The notes beneath the pieces are model-generated. The model was not told the origin of the DNA. It did not search any database and saw only the letters and a program-made list of their open reading frames with translations. A program made the position numbers and the translations under genes. DNA of 64,000 bases from Sandaracinaceae bacterium (GTDB lineage: Bacteria; Myxococcota_A; Polyangia; Polyangiales; Houyiibacteriaceae): NCBI GenBank assembly GCA_016706685.1, contig JADJJE010000001.1:129575-193574 (forward strand), read 5' to 3'. Positions 53,420 through 63,499 of the stretch are shown here, in pieces; the first letter of the stretch is position 1; each line of letters opens with the position of its first letter.

Positions 53420-54736
53420 ATGACGTGGCCTCGCCTTCGCGTTTTGCTCCTCGCCTTGGTCCTCGCAGCGCCCTCGTGGGCGCCATCGGTCGCACACGCG
53501 ACCCCGCAGGACCTCATGGGCTTCGGGGGGCGCACTCCTGGTTTGGGTATGACGGGGGCGTCCTATGCGGACAACTTCGAAGCTGCCTACGCCAACCCCG
53601 CCGGACTCGGCCGCAACGGGCGCATGGAGCTGATGCTCGGCGCCACCGGCGGTCTCTTCCGCCTGCAGCTGGATGGAGACCCGTACGACGTGGACGCGTC
53701 CCAGGGCATGACCATCGGGTTCCAGCTGCCGCTGCCGTTCGGCGGCCCGCTCGAGGACGTGCTCACGCTGGGGGCCGGGTTCTTCACGCCGTTCAACACC
53801 ATCCTGCGAAACGACGTGCGCTTCGCCGAGGTGCCGCAGTGGACGGTCATCGACCGCGTGCAGGTCGTGGCGCTGCAGATCGCCTTCGGCATCGGGCTCG
53901 AGCGCTGGGTCCCGGGCCTGCGTCTCGGCGTGGGCATCTCCGGTCTGGCGCAGAACTCGGGCACGCTGGACGTGCTCCTGGACGAGACCAACCAATTCGT
54001 CTCGCTCACCGAGGTGCAGCTGCTGGCGGACTTCAGCCCCATCGCCGGCATCCAGTATTACCGCGACAACTTCGCGCTGGGCATCACGTACCGCTCGGAG
54101 CTGGTGTCGGCCATCAACCTGGACATCGAGGTGCGCAACCTGCCCATCTCGCTGCCCACGCTGGGCATCGACGCCTACGCCCACTACGACCCGCACAACG
54201 TGGCGATAGAGGGCTCCTGGAAGCCCACGCCGGAGCTCATGCTGGTGCTCAACCTCACTTGGCGGCACTGGTCGGCCTACCCCGGCCCAGCAGGCGCAAC
54301 CACCGACCGCAGCAACTTCCCGCCGGCCATGAACTTCCGCGACACCGTCTCGCCGCGCGTGGGCATCGAGTACACCGCTCGCACGGAGCGGATGGCCCTC
54401 TCGGCGCGTGGTGGCTTCCTCTTCGAGCCCACGCCGGCCCCGCGCGCGGCCATGGCCGCCGTGCGTGACTTCAACGGCGACCCGCTGCTGGACATGGACG
54501 GCAACGTGGTCATGCAGCCGCAGCGCCGCATCGACAACAATCGCTTCATCGTCACGGCGGGCTTCGGCCTCGAGTGGCAGACGGCCCACGAGCCGGTGTT
54601 CCGCCTGGACGTCTTCGGCCAGGCTCAGGCGCTCCAGGGGCGCACGCACCGCGTGCCCGTGGCCGGCGCCACCAACAACATGATCACGCGTGGCTACATG
54701 CTGGTCTTCGGCGGAACGGCAGGCCTCGCATGGTGA
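53420..54736 (+). CDS. outer-membrane beta-barrel protein, FadL/OmpP1/TodX-like
   Basis: Signal peptide ending SVAHA; N-terminal GFGGRTPGLGMTGASYADNFEAAYANPAGL motif; alternating beta-strand pattern; a C-terminal aromatic residue (W). Confidence 0.7.
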   Translation: MTWPRLRVLLLALVLAAPSWAPSVAHATPQDLMGFGGRTPGLGMTGASYADNFEAAYANPAGLGRNGRMELMLGATGGLFRLQLDGDPYDVDASQGMTIGFQLPLPFGGPLEDVLTLGAGFFTPFNTILRNDVRFAEVPQWTVIDRVQVVALQIAFGIGLERWVPGLRLGVGISGLAQNSGTLDVLLDETNQFVSLTEVQLLADFSPIAGIQYYRDNFALGITYRSELVSAINLDIEVRNLPISLPTLGIDAYAHYDPHNVAIEGSWKPTPELMLVLNLTWRHWSAYPGPAGATTDRSNFPPAMNFRDTVSPRVGIEYTARTERMALSARGGFLFEPTPAPRAAMAAVRDFNGDPLLDMDGNVVMQPQRRIDNNRFIVTAGFGLEWQTAHEPVFRLDVFGQAQALQGRTHRVPVAGATNNMITRGYMLVFGGTAGLAW

Positions 54737-56082
54737 AGGGCATCCATCTCGCGGGCTGCGCGCTCGCCGTCCTGCTCCTGCTGGGCATCACCGGTCGCGC
54801 CAGCGCCACGCCGGGCGACACGCTCGGCTTCGGCACCCGCAACATCAACCTCGGCGGCGCGGTCACGGCCGACGTCGAGGACGTGGGCGCCAACTACTAC
54901 AACCCGGCGGGAATCGTGCGCGGCCCGGGCCTGCGCCTCTCGGTCAGCTATGTGTCCGTGAGCTCGCTGCTGGAGATCAACGGCAACGACAGCGACGTGG
55001 AGCGCATGAGCGGGCTCACCATCGGCATCGTCGCGCCGCTGCAAATCGGTGACTTCCGCTTCGGCTTCGGCCTGGGCGTGCACCTGCCCGACCAGCGCCT
55101 GAGCCGCACCCGCTCCACCATCCAGACGCGCCCGCGCTGGGAGCGCTACGACACGCGGCCTCACAAGGTCTTCCTGTCCACCAACATCGCGTTCCGGCCC
55201 ATCGATTGGCTGCTCATCGGCGTGGGCATCACGTTCCAGTCGCCCTCGGACCTCGAGCTGCTCATCGACGGCGACGCCGACCTCTTCCGTGTCACCAACA
55301 CGCGCCTGCGCCACCAGTTCGGCGGTGACCTGACCAGCACGCGCTACCCGCAGGCCGGCGTGCAGTTCATCGCGTCGGAGGCCCTGTCGCTGGGCATCTC
55401 CTGGCGCGGCGCGCTCACGCTGCGCAACCGGCTCTCCGCCACCGTGGAAGGCAACGTGGTCGTGGGCACCGTGCGCGCGCCGCTCGACTTCTCGCTCGTC
55501 AGCAACAGCGTCAGCACGTACATGCCGCAGCAGCTCACGTTGGGCGTCTCGGCCAACCCGGTCGAGCGCCTGCGCGTGAGCATGGACCTCACCTGGATGG
55601 ACTGGTCCAAGCACCCCAGCCTCATCCCCTCGGAGCAGATCACCCTCGAGATCGACCTCTCGATGCTGCCCGTCATGCTGGACATCCCGGAGGAGATCGG
55701 TGGCCGCTCACCCATCCCCATGAACATGCGCGACACGCTGGTGCCCCGCGTGGGCGTCGAGTTCGACGCCTACCAGAGCACCAGCACCCTGGTGCAGACG
55801 CGCTTCGGCTACGTCTACGAAGGCACTCCGTTCCCCATCCAACGCGGCGCCACCAACTTCGTGGACTCCGACCGTCACACGTTCTCGCTCGGCGCGGGCG
55901 TGCGGTTCTCCGACCTGCGCCCCACCATCCCCGGGCACTTGCAGCTGGACGCCTACTTCCAGTACGCCTACCTGCCCACCCGCAACCATCAGAAAGACAG
56001 CCTGGTCGACCCGGTGGGTGACTACACCGCAGGTGGCCAACAGTGGGGCGCCGGTGTCAGCCTCGAGGTGGTGTTCGAATGA
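54730..56082 (+). CDS. outer-membrane beta-barrel protein, FadL/OmpP1/TodX-like (paralogue)
   Basis: Signal peptide ending ASA; GFGTRNINLGGAVTADVEDVGANYYNPAGI; ends VVFE. Its ATG overlaps the upstream stop (ATGGTGA). Confidence 0.7.
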   Translation: MVKGIHLAGCALAVLLLLGITGRASATPGDTLGFGTRNINLGGAVTADVEDVGANYYNPAGIVRGPGLRLSVSYVSVSSLLEINGNDSDVERMSGLTIGIVAPLQIGDFRFGFGLGVHLPDQRLSRTRSTIQTRPRWERYDTRPHKVFLSTNIAFRPIDWLLIGVGITFQSPSDLELLIDGDADLFRVTNTRLRHQFGGDLTSTRYPQAGVQFIASEALSLGISWRGALTLRNRLSATVEGNVVVGTVRAPLDFSLVSNSVSTYMPQQLTLGVSANPVERLRVSMDLTWMDWSKHPSLIPSEQITLEIDLSMLPVMLDIPEEIGGRSPIPMNMRDTLVPRVGVEFDAYQSTSTLVQTRFGYVYEGTPFPIQRGATNFVDSDRHTFSLGAGVRFSDLRPTIPGHLQLDAYFQYAYLPTRNHQKDSLVDPVGDYTAGGQQWGAGVSLEVVFE

Positions 56083-57215
56083 GCCGTAGAGCCCTCACTC
56101 CCATTCGCAAGCCGCGCGCGCTGCACCTCTGCCTCGTGGCGCTCGCCCTGCTCACCGGCTGCGCCGCGCTCGGCAAGGAGACGCCGTTCTCGGAGCCCGT
56201 CAGCACCAGCGGCGTGGGCCCCTTCCGGCGCCTCACCGACGAAGAGACCCGCTTCCGTGGGCGCGCCATCGAGCTGGGCAACGTGGCTGTGGACCGCGCT
56301 TCCTTCGCGGGCGGCTCGCTTTTCTATGGCGCCGCCCCCGCCCTCGATCCGCTGCCGGTGCGCAACCCCGCGCTGCCGGTGAACGAGCTGGACCCCGCGC
56401 AGCTCGAGCCCTTTCGCATCTTCCGCAGCAGCACGGAGACGGAGTTCGGCTTCGACCCCGGCACGGTGCTGCTCACCGCCAGCGAGGCCTGGGAGGGCGG
56501 CTACGTCACACAGCCCTTCGCGCTCGAGCTGGCCGACGGCTCCGTGCGCCTCTACTACGCCGCCGCGGGTGGCATCGGCGTGGCCGTGGCCCAGAGCGCA
56601 GACGGCACGTTCACGCGCAATGGCGACGGCCTCGCGCTGGCCAACAACATGGGCGTGCAGGCCGCTGGCCTGCGCTCGCCCGCGGTCGCCCAGCTGGACG
56701 GCACGTACTACTTGTACGCCGACGACGGCGTGGACGTGTGGGTGGCCACCTCGGTGGACGGGCTCAGCTTCACGCTGCTGGACACCGACGACGCGGCCGC
56801 CGGGGTGAACCCGCTGGCCATCCCGGGACCCGCCGACGAAGACGACCCGATGGAGCGCGCGCACGTGAGCCCGGCCGCCACCGTGGCCACGTCGCCTACG
56901 GGGCGCACCACGCTGCGGCTCTATGTAGAGGCCCAACAGGTCCCCGAGGACCCTGCCACGGACGACGACCGCATCATCTTGGCCCTGGCCAGCCTGGACG
57001 GCGTGAGCTTCGAGCGCGCGCGCCTACCGGCCCACGAAGCAGGCGATTCCCCTGGGCAGCCCACCCTGCGCCCCTACCAAGACGGCGTCAGCGAGTCGCT
57101 CATGTACATGACCGTGGCACGCGGCATGAACCCTCAGTTGCGCGCCGTGGTGCTCGCGGTAGACCCTGGCCGCGCGAGCTTCGCGCCCGAAGCCGAGATG
57201 GAGGCAATGCCTTGA
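56079..57215 (+). CDS. lipoprotein, possibly a beta-propeller/GH43-like fold
   Basis: MSRRALTPIRKPRALHLCLVALALLTGC lipobox. Repeated strands of the type SVRLYYAA, YYLYADD, LRLYVEA. Its ATG overlaps the upstream stop (ATGA). Confidence 0.6.
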   Translation: MSRRALTPIRKPRALHLCLVALALLTGCAALGKETPFSEPVSTSGVGPFRRLTDEETRFRGRAIELGNVAVDRASFAGGSLFYGAAPALDPLPVRNPALPVNELDPAQLEPFRIFRSSTETEFGFDPGTVLLTASEAWEGGYVTQPFALELADGSVRLYYAAAGGIGVAVAQSADGTFTRNGDGLALANNMGVQAAGLRSPAVAQLDGTYYLYADDGVDVWVATSVDGLSFTLLDTDDAAAGVNPLAIPGPADEDDPMERAHVSPAATVATSPTGRTTLRLYVEAQQVPEDPATDDDRIILALASLDGVSFERARLPAHEAGDSPGQPTLRPYQDGVSESLMYMTVARGMNPQLRAVVLAVDPGRASFAPEAEMEAMP

Positions 57216-57841
57216 ACGCTGAGCTGGTGAGCCCGGACCACGAGGAAGACGACCCCCAGGGCCTGCGCGAGCGCAAGAAGGTCCAGACACGCGAGGCGTT
57301 GGTGAACGCGGCCCGCGACCTGTTCCTGGAGCGCGGCTTCGACAGCGTGACGGTGGACGAGATCGCCGCCGTGGCCAACGTGTCGCGCCGCACGTTCTTT
57401 CGGTATTTCGCCACCAAGGAAGCGGCTGCGTTCCCCAACCGTGATCTGTGGCTCGAGCAGTTTCATGGCTTGACCGCTCACCGCTCGGGTGAGGCCGCCT
57501 ACCAGACGGTGCGGCGGGCCATCCTGACCATGGCCAGCGCGTTCATGCAGAACCGCGACATGATGGTGGCACAGCACCGCATCGCCAACGGCGCCACTTC
57601 GCTCATCGCCTACCAGCGCGACGTGGACCGTGTGTGGGCCGACGTCATCGCCGACGCCCTGCGCGCCGAGCACGGCAGCCGTGAGTCGCGCCTGATCGGC
57701 GCCGCCATGATGGGCGTCATCCGCGCCACGCTCGACGAGTGGTTCGCGCAGGGGGCCCTTGGCGACCTGTTGGACATGGGGACCATGGCGCTCGAGCTGG
57801 TGGAGCGCGGCGTGCTGCACACCGCCCCCAAGAACGGCTGA
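57212..57841 (+). CDS. TetR-family transcriptional regulator
   Basis: RERKKVQTREALVNAARDLFLERGFDSVTVDEIAAVANVSRRTFFRYFATKEA is the TetR HTH. The putative TTG start overlaps the upstream stop (TTGA). There is no in-frame ATG before the HTH. Confidence 0.8.
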   Translation: MNAELVSPDHEEDDPQGLRERKKVQTREALVNAARDLFLERGFDSVTVDEIAAVANVSRRTFFRYFATKEAAAFPNRDLWLEQFHGLTAHRSGEAAYQTVRRAILTMASAFMQNRDMMVAQHRIANGATSLIAYQRDVDRVWADVIADALRAEHGSRESRLIGAAMMGVIRATLDEWFAQGALGDLLDMGTMALELVERGVLHTAPKNG

Positions 57842-57863
57842 GCCCAAAGCGCGCGATCACGGA

Positions 57864-57941
57864 CGTGAACGTGGTCGTTGACGTGCTCGTGCTCGTGAAC
57901 GGCCGAGCACGAGCGCGAGCACGTCAACGTTCACGTTCACG
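57864..57941. repeat. 78-nt hexamer-periodic hairpin between the tetR stop and the icd start
   Basis: Stem 1 is 57877-57897 with 57908-57928 (21 bp, one G-T). Stem 2 is 57864-57873 with 57932-57941 (10 bp, perfect). A 3x3 internal loop separates them. Built from (GTGAAC)/(GTGCTC) hexamers and the shared CGTTGACG seed. Confidence 0.75.
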
Positions 57942-58039
57942 TTCACGTGGATGCTTGGGCAAACTCTTGCTTTGGGCTGGCGTGCCCTGGGCTGCGCGGG
58001 GCATGCTCTCACCCTCCCTTGGCAACCAGAACAGCACCC

Positions 58040-60265
<2,226 letters not shown>

Positions 60266-60291
60266 GCGCCGCGCTGGCGTGCTGCGGAAGG

Positions 60292-60328
60292 GACCCCTGG
60301 GCGCTCGCGCTCGGGGGTCTTTCGCTTT
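60292..60328 (+). terminator. probable intrinsic terminator of icd
   Basis: GACCCC...GGGGTC outer stem with an inner GGGCG/CGCTC stem, followed by TTTCGCTTTC. It begins 27 nt after the icd stop. Confidence 0.5.
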
Positions 60329-60460
60329 CAGCGCTTTGAGATCACGGACCGACCGTCAGTCGAGGAATCGGACGCACGCCCAGTCCTGCTGGCCGCCCGC
60401 CACGGTGTCGAGCCAGCACCAGTCAAGCTGGTCTGGGTCGTCCCAACTGGTGCGGATGTC

Positions 60461-60880
60461 TCAGAGGACTCCGTCAAAGAAGTACCAATAGGCGCAGCTA
60501 ACGCCCGGCAGCGCGCTCAGCGTCGCGGCGGCCTCGTCATCGACACGAATGCCGACCATGGAACACTGGTCGGGGCCCTCGCCCAGGACGACTTCACCGG
60601 TTGGGACGGAAGACTCGATGTACACCCTCGCCGTGATGGGCCCGCACACGAGCGGTCCCACGTCCTCACGGGCACCGAGGTCTGGCGGTCCCACGTCAGG
60701 ACGGACGCCCCGGTCGGGGCGCACGGAGACATCCCACACAGCACCATCTCGTGCCGCGCCGCCATCTTGCGGGCCCGCATCCGGGCCGGCTTCCACCACG
60801 TGCGACTTCGCGCACGCGAGCGCGAGCATCAACGGAAGGCAGACCCACAGTGGGCGGCGGGCACCTGCTCCATGCCTCAT
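60461..60880 (-). CDS. lipoprotein, unknown function (ends at an in-frame TGA; the coding signal continues to 60356)
   Basis: MRHGAGARRPLWVCLPLMLALAC lipobox. See the finding on the 34 codons after the TGA. Confidence 0.55.
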   Translation of the reverse strand: MRHGAGARRPLWVCLPLMLALACAKSHVVEAGPDAGPQDGGAARDGAVWDVSVRPDRGVRPDVGPPDLGAREDVGPLVCGPITARVYIESSVPTGEVVLGEGPDQCSMVGIRVDDEAAATLSALPGVSCAYWYFFDGVL

Positions 60881-61059
60881 GTTCCTGTCCTCCGCGAACT
60901 CCACTGCAGGCAGCATGCCCAGCCTCACGCGCAACGGCAACGTTGGCCCTGCGGGGTCCGGCGGTCCACAAACGAGAAGAGCGCCCCGCCAAGTAGCGTG
61001 CGCTCATTCTCTTCCCTGCCGTCGAGGTGACTGGGGCGACCTCGAGGGCCGCCCAGTGG

Positions 61060-61359
61060 TCACTTCGCGCGGAAGACGATCATGCCGTGCGTGAGGTCGT
61101 ACGGCGAGAGCGCCACAGTCACGCGGTCACCGAGGATCACGCGGATGCGGAACTTGCGCATGCGCCCGCAGAGCTGGGCACGGACCTGCGCGCCCGCGTC
61201 CGTGGTCACTTCGAACTGTCCACCCGCGAACACCTGACTGATGGTGCCCTCGAGCTTGACGTGGTCGTCGCGCTTCTCTTCTTCCGGCTCGCCGAAGGGG
61301 CGGCCCTTGCCGCGCCTCGCGCCACCACGTCCACCACCGCCGCTGTTCCTAGTCGCCAA
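61060..61359 (-). CDS. infA: translation initiation factor IF-1 with a 28-aa RGG-rich N-terminal extension
   Basis: The core VKLEGTISQVFAGGQFEVTTDAGAQVRAQLCGRMRKFRIRVILGDRVTVALSPYDLTHGMIVFRAK aligns end to end with the bacterial IF-1 S1/OB fold. TTG start with AAGGAG 7 nt upstream. Confidence 0.85.
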   Translation of the reverse strand: MATRNSGGGGRGGARRGKGRPFGEPEEEKRDDHVKLEGTISQVFAGGQFEVTTDAGAQVRAQLCGRMRKFRIRVILGDRVTVALSPYDLTHGMIVFRAK

Positions 61360-61630
61360 AATCCTACTCCTTGGGTGCTCTGCCCCCGCCCGACGACCCC
61401 CTTGGGGTCTACCGACGTTGGTCAGCTGCGAACTCCCTCTACTTCGATGGAGGCCCCACGTGGGGGTGTCCAGCGTTGCTCTGGGAGGTTCGGCCCGCGC
61501 AGGGTAACACCGCGAGTTCAGCTGGCAAGGCGACACGCACGCACCCCGCGAGCCGGGACGTGCACGACCGCGCGAGGACACACACCGGGCGCGAGCACCC
61601 GCGCCCAACGCCACGCTCGCCGACGGTTGC

Positions 61631-62722
61631 TCAGCGCCGGGCCTGCTGCCGCCGCTTCGCGACCGCGCCACGTACCTTCATGATGCCGTCGAAGACCTTC
61701 ATGTAGGCGTTCGTGGCCGTGCCGGCGTCCTTGGGCTGGTAGCCGTCCACGACGTAGGGCACGTACATGCTCCGCCGCAGGCTGCGCGCACCGTCGTAGG
61801 GCGAGCCCTTCACACGGTGCCACATGCGGCCGTCGTGCACGGTCAGGTCGCCGGGCCAGGTCTCGATCATGATCTCGCGCGGGTCGTCGTCGTTGCTGAC
61901 GAAGTGCACCTTGTGGAACACGGTGTCGAGCGCGCTCTGCGTGTGCGTGCGGGGGATGACGCGCAGCCCACCGTCGGCCGGACGGATGCGATCGAAGTGC
62001 AGCCCCACGTTGAGCATTGGCCCTGGCATCTCGCGGTTGTAGAACACGTCGCGCAGCGCGTCCGTGTGCCACGCCAGGTCCGGGCGCAGGCTGCCCGGCA
62101 GGTTGATGTAGCGGTTGAACACGACACCATCCTTCTCGCGGGTGCCGATGCGGGCGTCCTCGCCGATCAGGCGTCGGATGGGCTCGAAGCGCTTGTCGGT
62201 GACGAAGGCCTCCAACCACTCCGAGTGGAACGACGAGAAGCCCATGCGCTGCAGGAACGGCTTGCCGTCCGCGCCGGTGCCGAACCACACCGGCACACCG
62301 CAGATGGTCTCGATGCCCTCGCCCAGGAGCTTCTGCTCCACCTGGTCCACCTCGTCGAGCACCCGTGCCACCTCCTCGGGTGAGGCGACGCGCGCGAACA
62401 CGATGCAGCCATTGAGCTGCAGGAACGCGTACTGCACCGGGGTGATGGTCTCGCGCAGCCGGAAGCGCGTGCCGAGGGGCAGATCACTGGCGAGCTTACG
62501 GGCGTCGAGCGGCGGAAGCGTCAGCAGGTCCGACTCGTCGAGCGGCGGCACCTCGTCCGCGAAGACGTCCGCGCTCGCGAGGTGCTTGGACGGCGACCCT
62601 GCTGCCATCGCGCGCGCCGCGTAGGCTGCGGTCTGGCTGGGATCGAGGGTGGACGTGACAGGCGCGGTGCCTTGGGGAGAGGTGACGTGCGTGGTGGTGG
62701 TCATGACGGGCCTCGATGACAT
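61631..62722 (-). CDS. phytanoyl-CoA dioxygenase (PhyH) family Fe(II)/2-oxoglutarate oxygenase
   Basis: WHTD (HxD iron ligands), a distal His in GRMWHRV, and an Arg in SLRRS. The N-terminal ~60 aa are low-complexity. Confidence 0.7.
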   Translation of the reverse strand: MSSRPVMTTTTHVTSPQGTAPVTSTLDPSQTAAYAARAMAAGSPSKHLASADVFADEVPPLDESDLLTLPPLDARKLASDLPLGTRFRLRETITPVQYAFLQLNGCIVFARVASPEEVARVLDEVDQVEQKLLGEGIETICGVPVWFGTGADGKPFLQRMGFSSFHSEWLEAFVTDKRFEPIRRLIGEDARIGTREKDGVVFNRYINLPGSLRPDLAWHTDALRDVFYNREMPGPMLNVGLHFDRIRPADGGLRVIPRTHTQSALDTVFHKVHFVSNDDDPREIMIETWPGDLTVHDGRMWHRVKGSPYDGARSLRRSMYVPYVVDGYQPKDAGTATNAYMKVFDGIMKVRGAVAKRRQQARR

Positions 62723-62761
62723 GGGGTGAGAGGAAGGCGGGCTGGCTCGGACGAGCGGGAG

Positions 62762-63385
62762 CTAGAGCGGCGGCAAGAGCGTGCGCAGGGCGATCTCTGC
62801 CAGGTGGTCGGCCACGGCGGCGCGCGCGGCGGCTTCGTCACGCTCGCCTGTGGACACGGCAAGCTCGTTGGCGCTGCTGATGGCGTAGCGTCCCACCAAG
62901 AACACCAGGCTCTGCAGCGGCAGGCGCAGCGCGCGCGCTTCGAGGCCGCCATACCCGGCCAGCAACGTGGAGGCCGCGTCCAAGTACGGCACCAGTAGCT
63001 CTTCGCGGCGGCGCGGGTCGATCTCGCCGGACTCGAGCACCCCGCGCAGCGCAAAGCGCGAGGCGTCGCGGTGCTCGCAGGCAAACTGGAACGCGGCGCG
63101 CACGGCGGCGGCCACGGCGGCCCGCGGGTCTTGGGTGCGCAGGAAGAGCGGGGCCAAGTGCCCGCGCAGCTCGGCGAGCTCGGCGAACATGGTGGCCACG
63201 CAGGTCTCGTAGAGCGCCTCTTTGCTCCCGAAGTAGTGGTTGACCATGCCCAGACTCACGCCCGCTTCACGCGCGATGTCGCGGATGGAGGTCTCCCCCC
63301 GGCCCACGTCGGCGAAGAGACGCAGGGCGGCCTCGAGGATGCGTGCCCGGGTGGCGTGGGCGTCGGCGTTGGCGGGTCTAGCCAT
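62762..63385 (-). CDS. TetR-family transcriptional regulator
   Basis: ATRARILEAALRLFADVGRGETSIRDIAREAGVSLGMVNHYFGSKEALY is the TetR HTH. Confidence 0.85.
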   Translation of the reverse strand: MARPANADAHATRARILEAALRLFADVGRGETSIRDIAREAGVSLGMVNHYFGSKEALYETCVATMFAELAELRGHLAPLFLRTQDPRAAVAAAVRAAFQFACEHRDASRFALRGVLESGEIDPRRREELLVPYLDAASTLLAGYGGLEARALRLPLQSLVFLVGRYAISSANELAVSTGERDEAAARAAVADHLAEIALRTLLPPL

Positions 63386-63396
63386 GCCCCAGAGAT

Positions 63397-63440
63397 AATC
63401 GAACGTTCGTATGATGGCAAGAACAAATCGAACGTATGAT
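63397..63440. promoter_or_regulatory. two AT-rich operator-like repeats in the tetR / plsC-like divergent intergenic region
   Basis: AATCGAACGTTCGTATGAT (63397-63415, containing the perfect palindrome CGAACGTTCG) and AATCGAACGTATGAT (63426-63440, 5/7 palindromic around ACGT). This is the most AT-rich stretch in the window. Confidence 0.4.
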
Positions 63441-63499
63441 CAATTTTTGTCGCGGCCCCACGATTGACATCACAAGTCAGCGTGCGAGCGTTGCCAGCG

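Noticed and set aside
60461-60463. TGA as a selenocysteine codon
   Set aside because: There is no convincing SECIS-like stem-loop at the usual distance, no Sec machinery in the window, and a secreted lipoprotein is an unlikely selenoprotein. The observation is kept only as an unexplained in-frame stop (see findings).
61360-61630. Possible structured leader or ncRNA in the 270-bp region upstream of infA
   Set aside because: There are only short, unremarkable GC hairpins and no recognisable riboswitch or leader motif. There is not enough evidence to call a feature.
63468-63477. 10-mer CATCACAAGT identical to the core of the MITE-like terminal repeat (possible solo repeat remnant)
   Set aside because: Similarity does not extend beyond the 10-mer on either side. 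A single 10-nt match in 64 kb on two strands can be chance.
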